The position numbers and the translations under genes were made by a program. DNA of 64,000 bases from Yuukianura sp. NJ FZ-2021. Lineage: Eukaryota. The notes beneath the pieces are model-generated. The model made no database searches. It was given only the letters and a program-made list of their open reading frames with translations, and was not told the origin of the DNA. Below, in pieces: positions 14,241 to 27,241 of the stretch (the first letter of the stretch is position 1; the number at the start of each line of letters is the position of its first letter). The stretch lies in contig CM102288.1 of assembly GCA_046563655.1 (NCBI GenBank), positions 4,898,001 to 4,962,000 on the forward strand, read 5' to 3'.

Positions 14241-15180
14241 GTTAGGTTTAACGTAGGAACAACAAAAGAATGTAATTAGCCAGTAGTGACAATGTGAACC
14301 CCACAAAGCTCGCATGTTAGGTTTTGTTAGGAAAAACTCAAACTTACCTGGGTTCAGACTAAAAGTGACTTTCATAAAGGGAAATGAGGAAAGTTTGAAT
14401 TGTTCCAAACCGGGACGTTGTTCCTTTGTGTGTCACAAACTAATGGGCCATGCTCCGTCCTGTTCAGAACACAAAGCAGGCGAGGATTAATAGAGTCCAA
14501 AACCACGCATAAACTGACTCAAACAAAGTTTAGGTTAGGTTTCCGAGAAAGCGGAAGTGAGTGGGGGAACAAATGACTACTTCCCCTGTCTATTGATTTC
14601 TTACTGAAATAGTTTATTTTGGCGATGGGACTGGAAGTGACTTGTGATGTGACACTTGAAGCCGTAGCTGCTTTCTCTTTTAGTCTAATGACAAACTCTG
14701 CATCACAAAGGATTAAGACAATCCTAGACAAGGGCTTTTGTTGGATCTTCTGGAAGTGAAAGCAGAGTCAACAAAGTAGACAACCACTCTTTGCCAAATC
14801 CAGCTCCATTCTTCTAGTATCTCCAAATGATCCACAACCGAAACTTGTTGCAAAGTTGTCAAAAATTTGGCAAAAAAGAGTGAAAGGCATGAGTCCCCTG
14901 GGAAGGAGAAAGTTTTAACCCAAAAGCGTAGTGTTTTGTGCATAAACATTTATTTTAACACTTGATGATGACTAATAACAGACAAAGTCAAGAGAAAACA
15001 TACACTACGATCAGCATCACACTATGATGATGATCATCATCATCTCCCGTGATGATCATTAAACTAAGGAATTTAATTGAAATCTAACAAAAGTTCAACA
15101 GATTTTGAGCAGAACAGGCAGAATAAGTTAAAATTCCTTAAAAGTTGAAAGTTAAAGTCAAGAAGTGACTAGATTTAGGC

Positions 15181-18100
15181 TTATGTGGTGCAAGTGGGTA
15201 AGTTCACTTGGAAGAAGACGTTGAGTTCAAAGAGTGACGAGATGACGAGGAATGCTGCGTACATGAGCAGTGCGATGACTCCGATTCTGTTGTTAAGGAT
15301 GAATCTGTTGCATGCGAGGAGGAAGTACAGAACAAGCACTGATGCTATTAGAAGAATTGTGGAGTACTCCAGACCACCAGAAATGATTTCAATTGGATTA
15401 GGCGAGATGATGCTGGCACGAATTAGCCACGGAACTCCCAAGCAGATAAGAATGTCAAAAGTATTCGAGCCTAAAATCACAAATTTACTTAACAAAAATA
15501 AGATTTAGTTCAAAATTTTAAAAAATAACTCTTACCAATTGAGTTACTTATGCCCATGGATCCCAAACCTGAAAATATGAAAAGCGTGCGTGAGAATTTC
15601 TTTTTGAAAATTTATCTCAGATTTCTTGGAGAAAGTTAAAGACTGGTGCGACAGAATATTTCCATAATCTTGGCCATGCTATGGAAATGGATTGTCGAAT
15701 GATCTTGGTTCTTTCTTGCAGACAGAGCTGGATGCTGCAAGGTTACGCAGAAATTCTTCGAATTAGAGTCTATCCTGTGCGTTGCGTAGATTGGTTGTGC
15801 TTTTGTTTGAACATGAAAGGGGATTGTCCAAGTGCCATTTGAAGTCAAGAGCGTCCTTAAGCCTCTCTGCTTCCTCAAAGTCCGCAATTCCAAAGGATCC
15901 ACCTTACTTCTAAAGAAGTGGCAGCAATCAAAGCCACCAGCCAAGACCAAGTGCCAACTTTATGTTCCCATTAACTCAATTTTTCACTTCATCCACCATT
16001 AGCCTCCACCACCTATCTTACACACTCCACTAAAAAAAGAAAAGACAAAAGGTCAAAGGTCTCACCTTGGCGGGTTACAATAACTGACGAAACGGCTTCC
16101 GGAACGCTAGTTCCTGGAAACAAACAAAGAGACAACTGAGGTAAAGAACCACTTTGTCTCACTTTACCCCAACTTTCTCCATCACTTTAGGTTTAGGTTA
16201 ATAACGTGGTTCCAGGTCATAATCGCCAATCCAATAAACGCCAATCCTATAACCGCCAATCAAAAACCGACAATCCTTTAACCGCCAATCTTAAAACCGA
16301 CAATTTCAAGATTGTCGGTTAAAGAATTCGCTGTTTTTGACATTGTCGGTGAAAGGATTGTCGGTTTTTGAAATTGTCGGTTATTGAATTGGCGATTATG
16401 ACCTGCTACGAATAACCTAACCGTTTACCTGCTGCGATGAAAGTGAGTCCCATGACAGAGTCTGGGATGCTCAGCGTTGAGCCGATGACTGTCATCATCC
16501 AGGCCATGGCGTAGGTGAGCAGAGCAATCCAGACAATGCACATCACAAAGGTCAAAGGGTACCACTTTCTGAATCGGTGCTCCCTGCAGTCCGGAATGGT
16601 GAAAACAAGAACAAATCGAGCTGGCCACCCCACAATCCATTCCACCCACTTGAGCCACCCCCGGCCCCACGGAACGTGGAACAGCCCCCATTCCTCTGAA
16701 ACAAAAAAACATGAAAGTTAAGAGAAAGTCCATAATCCAACTGGGCAGTTTCTCAAAAAAGTGAGATCGACTTGTTATCTGATCTTTGTATCGCCAGAAG
16801 GTGGCTGTTCGAATTGATCTGGGAGTGGTCCATAGTCCGCTTAAACTAAAACCTAACCTTAACCTAACTTTCTAAGAAGCTTAGCCACATAAACAAATGA
16901 TGACCACCACTAGAGTATGCAGTCCCTTAGTCCCTCGTCCATTTCTACCAGCAGAACCAAATCCAACAGAAAGAAGAAATGGATTTTAGATGTTGTTTTT
17001 GTTTTTCTGCTCTTTTTTCTAAGAAAGCGGAGAAAGTGGATTGATGTTTATGTTTGGAAGTGGATCGTAATCCTTTCGGTTTTTAGGCTAATTGACATTG
17101 GAGAAAGTGAACGACAGGCCCCACCCCTTCGCATTAAATAGAATACAGAATAAAACCACTTTGAGGATTAATCTACGATGTCAAAGGTCAAACTTCCTTA
17201 GTAACTAAACTTTGACCATTAACTTTCTTTGAAAAGGTGATGAAAGTGATGGATTTGAGAAAAAAAGTGGAGTTGTGTGAATTTACCTTCTTCGTCTATG
17301 GCCTGGGCTTCCTCCTCCTGCAATGCTTTTTCAATCAGCATCTCATCTTCCTCTTCCGAAAAAATAGGAACATCATCCCCTTCGTCTGTGTAGGCACTTT
17401 TCTCTGCACTTTCTCCTGTTAGAAACACAAATTACTCAACTCAATTAAAAAGTTAATTTAAATATTAAGATTAATTTTAAATAGTTAACAATTAACTGTG
17501 ATTTAGTTAAATGATTGCCAAACTTGCCTAAGAGAGGTGCTTTCTCTGATTGGTGCCCCAGGGACTGTTCCAAAACAGTTTTGCTTTCTCTTCTTCCCTT
17601 CAAACTGCTCCGTCGAGAAGAGGTGACTCCACACACTAAGCGATTCGCCCACGCTCTGCAGGATGAGTTGTAGTACATTACTGCAAAAAATATAAATGAT
17701 AATTTCCAAAATCTATTAACATAATATAATAATTTTAATAATTAAAACAATTCATGGGTACCAACGATGTAGATGAGGTAAAGGACGACAAGAACAACGC
17801 CTTCATACCAAAACACTTGCCGATTGCTGAGTACAATCAGCAGGAATATGACAGAAAGCGAGTAAAAACCGCAGTCACGAGTCAGCGACCACCAGTCCAA
17901 GTGAATCGGCTAAAATCCAAACATTCCCAATAACTTTCACCACAATTAACTGTACTAAAAGTCAGGTCAACTTCAAAACTAAAGTGAAACTAACTTCTTT
18001 GGCTGCGAGGCCACACAAGGCACTGACAGCCAGAATGTTGAAGACAGCGCTTCCAACGACTGTTCCTATTCCCAGGTCACCGTGGGTCACAAAAGTTCCA

Positions 18101-19084
18101 ATGACATTCGTAAATAGCTCGGGAGCACTCGTGGCAATCGCCATGAACGTAGCACCAGCAACATCACTCGGCAGTCGCAGAGCTTTAAAACAACAAAAAC
18201 AAATTAGACAAAGTACAAAGTTACATTCTTTTCTATTACAATTTTTTCTTGAAAATGATTTGACCTGTGCTGACCTTGACAGATGGATTCGATAGCGGGA
18301 ACAAAGAAGTCGTCGCAGACGAGTGCGATTGCGTAGAAGATGTAAACCGACGCGAGGAAGTGGACGATCACTGCCCCATGCTTCCGCTGCTCGGGAGTGA
18401 ACAAGTCAGGCGGGAAATCGTTGATTGTGGGTGGGGTACAGTTGGCCTTGGACACGGGAGCCACAACTACTGCTGCATTCGTTGTATTACCACCGGCACT
18501 AGATGTCTCTGCAACAAATATATATTTTAATTGAATAGTATTTTAATTTAAACTAACATAATTTAATTTACCGCAGTGTAATAGGGAGTTTGCGTTGTAA
18601 ATGATTGATAGAATTTATAGAATTTAGTAAGTCCGCGCCCCTTTCCACCCTTGCTGCAACATGATTGGTTGATTTCAAATCTATGACGTCACTTTCTAAA
18701 CTTTTCTCATTTTTATGGAACTTAGGTCGGGTTTATAATTTTTGGAAATCCGAAAAGCTTGAAAAGTGACGTCATAAATTCTATAATTTCAATAAATTCT
18801 ATAAAGTATTTTTTTATAACGCAAACTCCCTAATAATTATAAGCTGTAATTATTATAATTTATGTTATAGTTAAGCAATTACCGGTGGATGTTGACGTAG
18901 AATAGGTTCTGTAGGACGGAACTACTTTTGGGTTGACATCCGGAATGTCCTGTGCAGTGATCATGGCACAGGCCAGTCCCACCGTAAAGATGGCCACCAT
19001 CACCGGTTTCTTGTAGGTCGCTTGGACACGGCGGAGGTTTCTCCTCCTAACAGATTCCATGTTAAGCATTAGTCCCACCACCAT
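15181..19084 (-). CDS. K+-dependent Na+/Ca2+ exchanger (NCKX, SLC24 family), paralogue A
   Basis: Exons 19084-18883, 18508-18275, 18182-17995, 17909-17762, 17680-17528, 17415-17287, 16695-16429, 16113-16066, 15568-15536, 15470-15181. Alpha-1 repeat [27 protein letters not shown]; alpha-2 repeat [26 protein letters not shown]-terminal VNLPTC. Alternative starts at 19069 and 19060. Confidence 0.93.
16213..16405. mobile_element. Foldback MITE in an NCKX-A intron
   Basis: 18-bp perfect TIR caggtcataatcgccaat with mirrored tandem aaccg(a/c)caat subrepeats on both arms; no clear TSD. Confidence 0.7.
18583..18831. mobile_element. MITE (PIF/Harbinger-like, 3-bp TSD) in NCKX-A intron 1
   Basis: TIR agggagtttgcgtt; aat on both sides; internal inverted segments atagaatttat and tatgacgtcacttt. 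Confidence 0.75.
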
Positions 19085-19946
19085 CAAATGCAGAAATGAG
19101 CTTCAACGTGGAATACTGTCAGAAACAATGAGCAATTGTTTGTTTTTGCTACAAAACTGCCACAAACCCGTTTGACACCAATTGTTCAGTGAGGATCGAC
19201 AGGTATGCTTTGAACTGAATAGGAACTAAAGGTGTTTCAACCGTAGATAGTGTCACTATCTCACAATATCACAAAACCAAAGTCACGCTCTTTCTACACA
19301 ACAAAGTCAAGTGCACTTGTCACCCTCAGTAGTCGAAAAACAAACAAAAAAACAACAAACATCATTTAGTTCCACACTTTACAACTTCTCCGCAGCCGAA
19401 TACGAACTATCGCCATTTAATCAAAAGATGCTGGAAAAATTTTCTTTGACTACATTTTTGTAATTGAACTGAAATGAAACCGTCGAGTCCATGGTTATTG
19501 GCAGGTTCAAACAATTGACCCGAATTAAGCTACTAGTAAATGTCCATGTGACAATGTCAATGTCCATCGCAACTGTCACCAACGCTATTTGGTTTCTCCG
19601 AAAACTGTCACTTACAACATTTCATTGGTGGTCACGCAAACTTCTTTCAATTCTAACGACTTTCACGTTGGACATTCAGAACAACTGAAATCTGAATTGA
19701 TTTCTGCAAATTCTGTGCCTCTGTCGAGCAGAAATGTCAGAGCTTGATTCAAGCGACCTGCAAAGCATGCAAGTTCGTTTCGACCTTTGCAATAAAAACT
19801 GGTTTTGAAGATTATTCTTTCACACGAACTGCTTAGCATGTGAAGCCATATACTTTTATTTGAGTCCATAAGTAGGAAGGAGTTGCTAAGGTTTCTCAAA
19901 GCAGAATCAGGAACTGCGTGGACCACTGTCCCACCCAATGAGTGGC

Positions 19947-22900
19947 TCAGTCGTCGTGATACTGACATGTGGGTAGATTGACTTGGAAGAAAACGTTCAG
20001 TTCGAAGAGGGAAGCCATGATGACGAACAGTATATAGAGGAACAGAGAAGCTAGCCCCACCTTCCTGTCCAGCACATACTTGTTGGCAGCCAGTAGAAGG
20101 TAGAGTAGTGCCAGTGACATAATAAGCATGAGGGCGGAGTACTCGAGTCCAAGCGAGTTGATCTGGATGTAAGGCTCTTTGGGGTCACTGGCCAGACGAC
20201 TCGCCTGGATCAACCATGGCAGACCAAGACATATAAGGATGTCGAACGTGTTGGACCCAATGGAGTTGGACAAAGCCATCGTACCCAGACCTAATGGCAA
20301 TTCAGTCACATTAGCACTTTTCAAAAAATTACAAGAAAAAATTATGAAAATTTCAAATTTTAAAATAATTACTGACCTTGTCGGGATACAATGAGGGACG
20401 AAACTACTTCGGGAATTGACGTTCCTGCTGCAATAAACGTGAGACCCATGATGGAGTCTGGAATCTTGAGCGTGTGACCTAGGGTCAAACAAACACTATT
20501 TAGTTTTCTTATGCACCAAACACAGTCAAAGTATAATTTGGTCCGTAGAGGTCAAAGGTCAGGTCACGGGTCACGTTACGCTCTTTCCACTTTTTACCAG
20601 CGCAATTCAGAGCTTTTGAGCTGCTGACCAAATTATTTTGACCATGGAACCATCATACTACCCAGAATTTTATGGCTACTATTGTATGGAGCCATAAACA
20701 AGTGAAAGTGAAGTGAAAGTCAGAACTTTTTAATTGAATGTCATGAATCCTCACCTATGATGGTCATCATCCAGTTGACAACGTATGACAGAATCCCAAT
20801 CCAGACAATGCACATCATAAACGTCAAAGGGAACCAAGGACGCCATCGTGGTTCACGACAGTCCGGAATTGTCAGCGTATAAGCCGCTCTGATTGGCCAG
20901 CCAATGAACCATTCCACCCAGGCTCGAAAACCACGCCCACGCGGAAACGTCGTCAGAGAAAACTCATCTAAAACAAAACAAAACCAAGAAGGTGAACATT
21001 GGATTTTGACTTTGAACTAAAAGTTTAGAACTTTGTTTTTAGTTTATGACCGGAAGTTATAAAAGAACCAACTTTTGACTTTCATAATGACTCCAATGTT
21101 TGTTCGTGCAAAGACAGAAACAGCTTCCGGAAGCTTTTTTAGCTTACCTTTCTCCTCAACTGCGTATTCCTCAGCGTGTCTCAATGCTTCTTCCACCACT
21201 TCCAACTCCTTGGCTTCACGTTCGTCGTTGTACACGTCAACTGCTTCATCAATCTGTGCTTCATCCAGGTTCTCCAGGTTCTCCAGCTTCACTTCCTCTT
21301 GACTCTGGACGCTGAGATCAGTGGGCTGGAACTTCTGGAGCTCCGCCTCATCATTGGCTACGCCCGGCGGTCGCTTAGCAACACTCTTCGGTTTTCCTCG
21401 ACAACGACGCCACTTTCGTCGCAATCGGTAAACTACCTTTTCGCATCTTCGTTTTATTTTTTCATTGTGGTACATCCCTGTAGAAAAAAAAACATAAATT
21501 AAAAAAAAATCTTGGAAATTGAATTTTGAAATTTTGAAAAGGACTGAAAAAATACCAAGGATGTAGAGACCGTAGACGCAGACGAGGATCAGAGCTTCGT
21601 ACCAGTAAATGGCTTCGTCCCGAAGACATCCAAGCAGAAGCAGGACGGAGACAGAGTAGAAGACACAGTCACGTGAAATGGAGTACCACTCCAATGGAAT
21701 GATCTAAACAAATAAACGTCCGTATTAGACAAATGTTAATGTAAACAATTCATTCATGTTAAACAAGTGTAAGTGCAAATGAGATTATCACCATTCCAGC
21801 CCCAAGTCCACACACGGCACAGACTGCCAGAATGTTGAACACTGCGCTGCCTACGATCGCTCCAATCCCAATGTCTCCTCGTGTGATGAACGTTCCGATG
21901 ATGTTGGTAAATAGTTCTGGAGCGGAGGTAGCTAAATACAGGAGATTTTAAATTCAAGTGACATTATTTTTCTCAGTGTAAGTTTAAAAGATTTAAATTT
22001 AAGAAATGTGATTGGCTACCGATGGCCATGAAAGTGGCTCCAGCAACGTCACTCGGCATCTTGAGTTCTTCGCAGATACATTCCATGGATGGTACAAAGT
22101 AGTCGTCACAGACGAGAGCCAATGCGTAGAAAATGTACAGACTCACTAGGAAGTGGACAATGACGAAACCTTGTTCCCGCTGCTGCGCAGTGAACAAATC
22201 GGGTGGAAAGTCATCGATTCCAGGCGGAGTACAACTTACTCCGGGTTCTTCCGAGTACCTTCCTCGGTGGTGCTTTTTGGAGCTGTTCAATTTATGCAAC
22301 TCATTCTCTACAAAAATTAAAAAGTAAACATTTCCAATTTCAATTTCAGAATAATTTCAAACGTTTTTAATAAGTAACGAAAGCCACTTTATGAATTCGC
22401 ATAGCCGTCCGTCTGTCGGATTCCGTAGGCAGCAATTATCTCGGAAACACCTTAACATTTCATGAATAATTTTTTACATTTGAACACAAGACGCCCTTGT
22501 TGAATGCATTCAGTGTTTAGTAGTTGACCCCCATCATCACGGTGGGTCAATTTCCTTCTGGGTCAAAGGTCATTGTCAGCTCGTTTTGTTCTCGGTGACA
22601 TGGAAAATGAAATACTACACAAAAGTTGTTTATGTCATCACAACTTTCGTGTATGTCATTCAATTGCACGGTTCAGTGGTTCATCTCTCGCTACTTCCGG
22701 TTCACCGTTTTTATTTGCATCTTAAGACTAACCTTGGTTTAAAGAATGTAGGCTGTCGAGTGGGAGTGTTTCGTTATTGACTTCATTCCCTTCGTCAGCT
22801 GAATCCTGACTCGATAGGAGTGCATCTGAATTGGCTGCTTCTGCGCAAAACGAGCCGGTGAACTTTGATACCGTGCTGTGATGTTCCACATTCCAACTGT

Positions 22901-23015
22901 AGCAAAGAAACAGGAGGGTCCATACCACAAAGAGAAAGTTCCGTTTCACTCTGAATCTGGTCTGGAGACGCTTCTGTGAAACTGAGTCTGTGCCTGTCTG
23001 GTTCATTTTAGTCAT
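19947..23015 (-). CDS. K+-dependent Na+/Ca2+ exchanger (NCKX, SLC24 family), paralogue B
   Basis: Exons 23015-22733, 22307-22020, 21931-21792, 21703-21556, 21477-21148, 20967-20755, 20478-20377, 20290-19947. Motifs [52 protein letters not shown]. Confidence 0.93.
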
Positions 23016-26000
23016 TGAACTCTGACACTCGCTTTCACTTTTTAGCGACCTTTCTCCATCTACTTAGACTGTCACACTGCCAGTTGACTCTCGAAACTTC
23101 TTCTTGTAAGTGTGGATTGACGTCGCTGGAGAAAAGACACGAGAGTGGTTGAAGATGCGCCGAAGACTAGGATTGTTCTGGTTGAGTTGCAGAAGTGGAT
23201 TTGGACCATTCTAACGCGATAAGTGGGAAGACAATCACCTGGGAACAATGAGGGAGATGCGATAGGAATTGTTATTCTTGCGTCCCTATCTCTCCACTAC
23301 TACGACCACTGCAGAATCATGGACCATCTTCACACTAGAACTCAATCACTGTCAAATCCCAATATTCCACTGACTGACTGAATGCCTGGATCAAGCAAAT
23401 CAGTTCATGCGATGGACACTACGCAGATGCCCCTCTGACACACATTCTCCCTTTGTTCCACAAATCTGGAACTGCTTTGGCAGGAGGTCCATGGCCAACG
23501 CCCCACCAAAGAGTGGGTCAAGTGGACCACTTTCCATGAAAAACGCATCTCACTAACCATTTTTCTAAAAAGAAACTAAAAAGTTTCTAAGAAACTAAAT
23601 GCTTGGAGCATTCTCTAGGTTAGAAATCAATTGAGGCCTTTTGTGTCACCAGGCGTCACAGAATGCACAAAAGCAGATTTAACCAACAATAAGATTGTCT
23701 AATGACTTTGTTGTTACAACGGAGGTCAAAGGTCATTGACTTATCTATGGAGAAAAATCACGCAATTAACTCCTCCTCCTTACTACAGTTCCATTACAAC
23801 CTATTTACTAAAAGTCATTTAGAAAAGCAGCATGGGAAATTCCCTCCTCGTTAACTATTTTTGTCAATTATTGGCCCTTAGGTAGGCTAAATTTGTCAAA
23901 CTTTTCAAATAAACTTTTCAAAGAAAGAAAAAGTGATTTTCCAAAATGCTTGAATTTCCAAAAAGACGCCGGTTGAAAATAATTCCCAACTCAAACTGGA
24001 CATCAACCTGAAAAACAAAAAAGTTGAAATTGAGCGGAGGGAAAGCTCCTCAGCTGTTTTTCTCTTCAGAGAAAAAAAAAAATCGCTCATCTCCAACTTG
24101 GAATTGATTTTTGATTTGTGAAAGTACTTATAGTGACACTAATTAGTGCGAGACTGATTAATCGATTAGTGTTAAGGATGAGCAAGTCCTTGGGAACTGC
24201 CTTTGACATTGCCTTCTTTACTCTTCTTGCCATCTACTTCATAGTGGGGATGGTCGTAAGAAAGTTCGTACGGGGGGCAGCGGGCTACGAGATTATTCCA
24301 CACTATTATTTCTGGGCTGACCTCCCCCTCCTCATCAGAGTGAGTGTAAACTAATTTAATTGATTAATTGAATACGTCTTGCTAATTAAACGCTAATCTT
24401 TGTATATAGGATGGAATGGTGTTTACGATCCACGGATGCAAACCAGAACTGAGCTACGAGCCAATTTAGCTGAGGGTCAACTGCTGTACAGGTCCACCAA
24501 GGTCATCAAGTACCACTGTCTCCTCCATCATCAACTACAAGGTGCTCCTTCTCCAAAAATGTCCAGCTACTTCCATATTTCGGATATTCAACTCGAATAT
24601 GTTTATAAAAATGCTAAGTCATATTGACAATTCATATTTTCCTTCTTCTTTTTTAAGGTTGATATTGCTGGAAAATTAAACAAAAGTTCGAATTTCTAGA
24701 CTTTATGATTAACTTGCATCTCGATTCAATTCAAACTTATTGTAGAAAAGTCATTGTGGATTTTTTTTTACTGTATTCAAAAAATTTAAATCCTGGAAAC
24801 AGTTGTTAATTTCTAGGAGAATTTATTTACAGAATTGATATGTTTAGTATTCTCGGATTCAATTTGGCCAATGGTCCATACTCAAATACTATGAATTTAT
24901 ATCTAAACTAAAATTTAGTCAATGTTTGGATTTAGGCGCTGAGGTTGATTTTGTTCACGGCTCCAACAAACGCTTCACCCTGAAATGACAAAGGTCAAAG
25001 GTCATCCAAGGCCAGCATTTGACTAGATTTAGTTTTACCTTGAAGAACTGGACGAATTGTTCTGCAATTTCTTCGCAGACGCGAACCTGGGCCTCGGCGG
25101 TACTCGCACCAAGATGGGGAGTGCAGATGAGCTTGGGGTGTTTGAACAATTCCCTACAAAAACAATTTTGAAATTTTGAAATTCAAGGTTAAACTAATTT
25201 TTGAAAACTCAAAAAATTTTCGAATGAAAGCGTTTTGAAAAATGGGCTCACTTGTAAAAGTCCTTCTTCGGTGGCTCCTCTACAAAGACATCCAGAGCTG
25301 CTCCACCACATTGTCCGCTGACGAGGTTGCGCAGAAGAGCCTCTTCGTCAACAATCCCACCACGGGCTACGTTGACCACTCGAACTCCCTTTTTGCATTT
25401 CATGAACACTTCGTCATTGATCAGATCTAGAACAAAACAAAGAAATTCATTAAGAAACAAAAGCAGAAAAAATAGAACAAAATTGGAAACTTGAAAATTA
25501 CTCTTGGTCTGTGGAATGAGCGGCGTGTGGACGGTGATGTAGTCTGCCTTGGGCCAGATTTCTTCCAAAGGCATGCTTTCCACTCCGAATTCCTTGGTCA
25601 CTTCTCCTGGGATGATGGGGTCAAATCCAATGGTCTACGTACAAGGTCAAAGGTCAATTTAGAAATTCAAATTAAAAGTGAGAGATGCTTACGGTCATTC
25701 CGAATGATTGCATTCTGAGTGCCACTTCCTTTCCGATTCTTCCTAGTCCAAGAATGGCCAGTGTCTTTCCGAAAAGTTCGTTTCCGGAGTAGAGCTTCCT
25801 GTCCCATGCGCCATTCTTCAGAGCAGCACAGGCAGCAGGAACGTGCCTAAATACAGTCACAACGAGAACTAATTTTGAGCAATTCAAAATCTGACGAGAA
25901 ATGGTGTTAATAGGTAAGTGTGTGTGTGTTGAAAAGTACACGAACTGAGCTTACAGTAGAGTTCAATTAATGCTATGTCTTCCGAAATATTCCATTTCCA

Positions 26001-26562
26001 GAGTGAAAATTAGTTTCTGCTCAATTAAAAGAGTCTTTGTGGACCAACTCTTCGAATCCAATCTATTTACCATTTTATGACTCTTGCCCAATAAACTGTT
26101 GCAACCACTTGACTCTATTCTACCAACAACTCCACTTTCCAAATCTAAAAAAAAATACTTTTGGAACAGATGAAGAGGAAAGATTTGGAACTTGAGTAGC
26201 TCAAATGGTGTAAAGCAACTGAAGTCGATCCTCCCAATCCCAATGCATTATTTTTCAATTGGTTATGCAATAAAAAGGTAAGCTACTTCACGCAATGAGA
26301 TTGTCTGTCGTTCTGTCTGGTATTCTTAGGCAGTTATCTAAGGAAATATTTTCAAAATTGAGCATCTTGTGACACATATCACATTATTGGGTAAAATTCC
26401 GGTATGTCAACTGTTTCCGTGTCGAAGGTCAAGTTTAACCGGTTTTTTTTAAAGGTATCAGGCGAAATTGAGAGATATACAAAAGTTGTTTGTCTCTTCG
26501 AAACTAGAAACTTTCTTGTATATCATGTGACCCTATGTAATCTCATTCCGGGTCAAAGGTCA
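20549..26562 (+). promoter_or_regulatory. Cluster of six perfect DR1-type nuclear-receptor motifs RGGTCAAAGGTCA
   Basis: Exact copies at 20549, 22560, 23723, 24992, 25644 and 26550; function is inferred from the motif only. Confidence 0.5.
24178..24469 (+). CDS. 73-aa single-pass membrane microprotein resembling the TM and cytosolic tail of M6PR/ATG27-family receptors
   Basis: Exons 24178-24339 and 24410-24469 (gtgagt..tag, phase 0): MSKSLGTAFDIAFFTLLAIYFIVGMVVRKFVRGAAGYEIIPHYYFWADLPLLIR|DGMVFTIHGCKPELSYEPI*. G-x-E-x-IP-xxx-FW-x-DLP-x-L-x-x-DG tail signature and a terminal YxxI motif. Confidence 0.75.
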
Positions 26563-27241
26563 CAATCGTGTTTAACCGTTTGAAAATAGTACTTCATGTT
26601 GCGCTGCGGTTTCCCACAGTACAGCTCATCGTTCGTTACTTATGTACATCCGTTTTACGACCGGTTTGTTTTAGGGGAAAGTGTATGGAGAAAGGAAGTG
26701 TTTGTGTGAAAGTTAATTAAGAATAGCTAACCTGGCCATGGATGCGATGAGAATACAGGTATGTTCTGCGGCACTCAGTGTGTTTCCACCAGGCGTGCTA
26801 ATAAAAGCAATGAAAAGAGACGAGGATTAAGTTTAAATTAAAGGGCTCTCCGGGGAGCCTTCCCAGTATGACCGACCACCAAAAAACTCACTTCATCACA
26901 AGGACGTTTTTCTTCGTGGCGACGTCACAGTCGATGTTGTCAGTTCCAGTTCCAGCACGACCAACAATTCGGAGCTTCGTAGCCGCTTGCAGAACTTCGG
27001 CAGTCACCTTCGTCTCCGATCGCACAATCAACCCATCGTAGTTCTAAACGGAACAGAAATGCTTTCAAATTCTGAAACAAGTTTCCCGAGTATTTCTCTA
27101 TAAATCGAACCTTACCTTGATGGTGGCCAGGAGCTCCTCTTTGGTCAGCTTCTGTTGATCCACTTCGAAACCATTTTTACGCAGGATTTCTGCGCAGACT
27201 CCATCGAGTGGATCGGAAATGAGGATTTTGCCAGCGACCAT
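24932..27241 (-). CDS. PHGDH: D-3-phosphoglycerate dehydrogenase, short form (about 322 aa)
   Basis: Exons 27241-27116, 27043-26892, 26797-26732, 25846-25693, 25634-25502, 25426-25252, 25153-25039, 24979-24932. Motifs [56 protein letters not shown]. Confidence 0.95.

Noticed and set aside
24932..27241. PHGDH lacking the C-terminal ASB/ACT regulatory domains as a novelty
   Set aside because: Short PHGDH forms are already known in insects, so this is not unusual.
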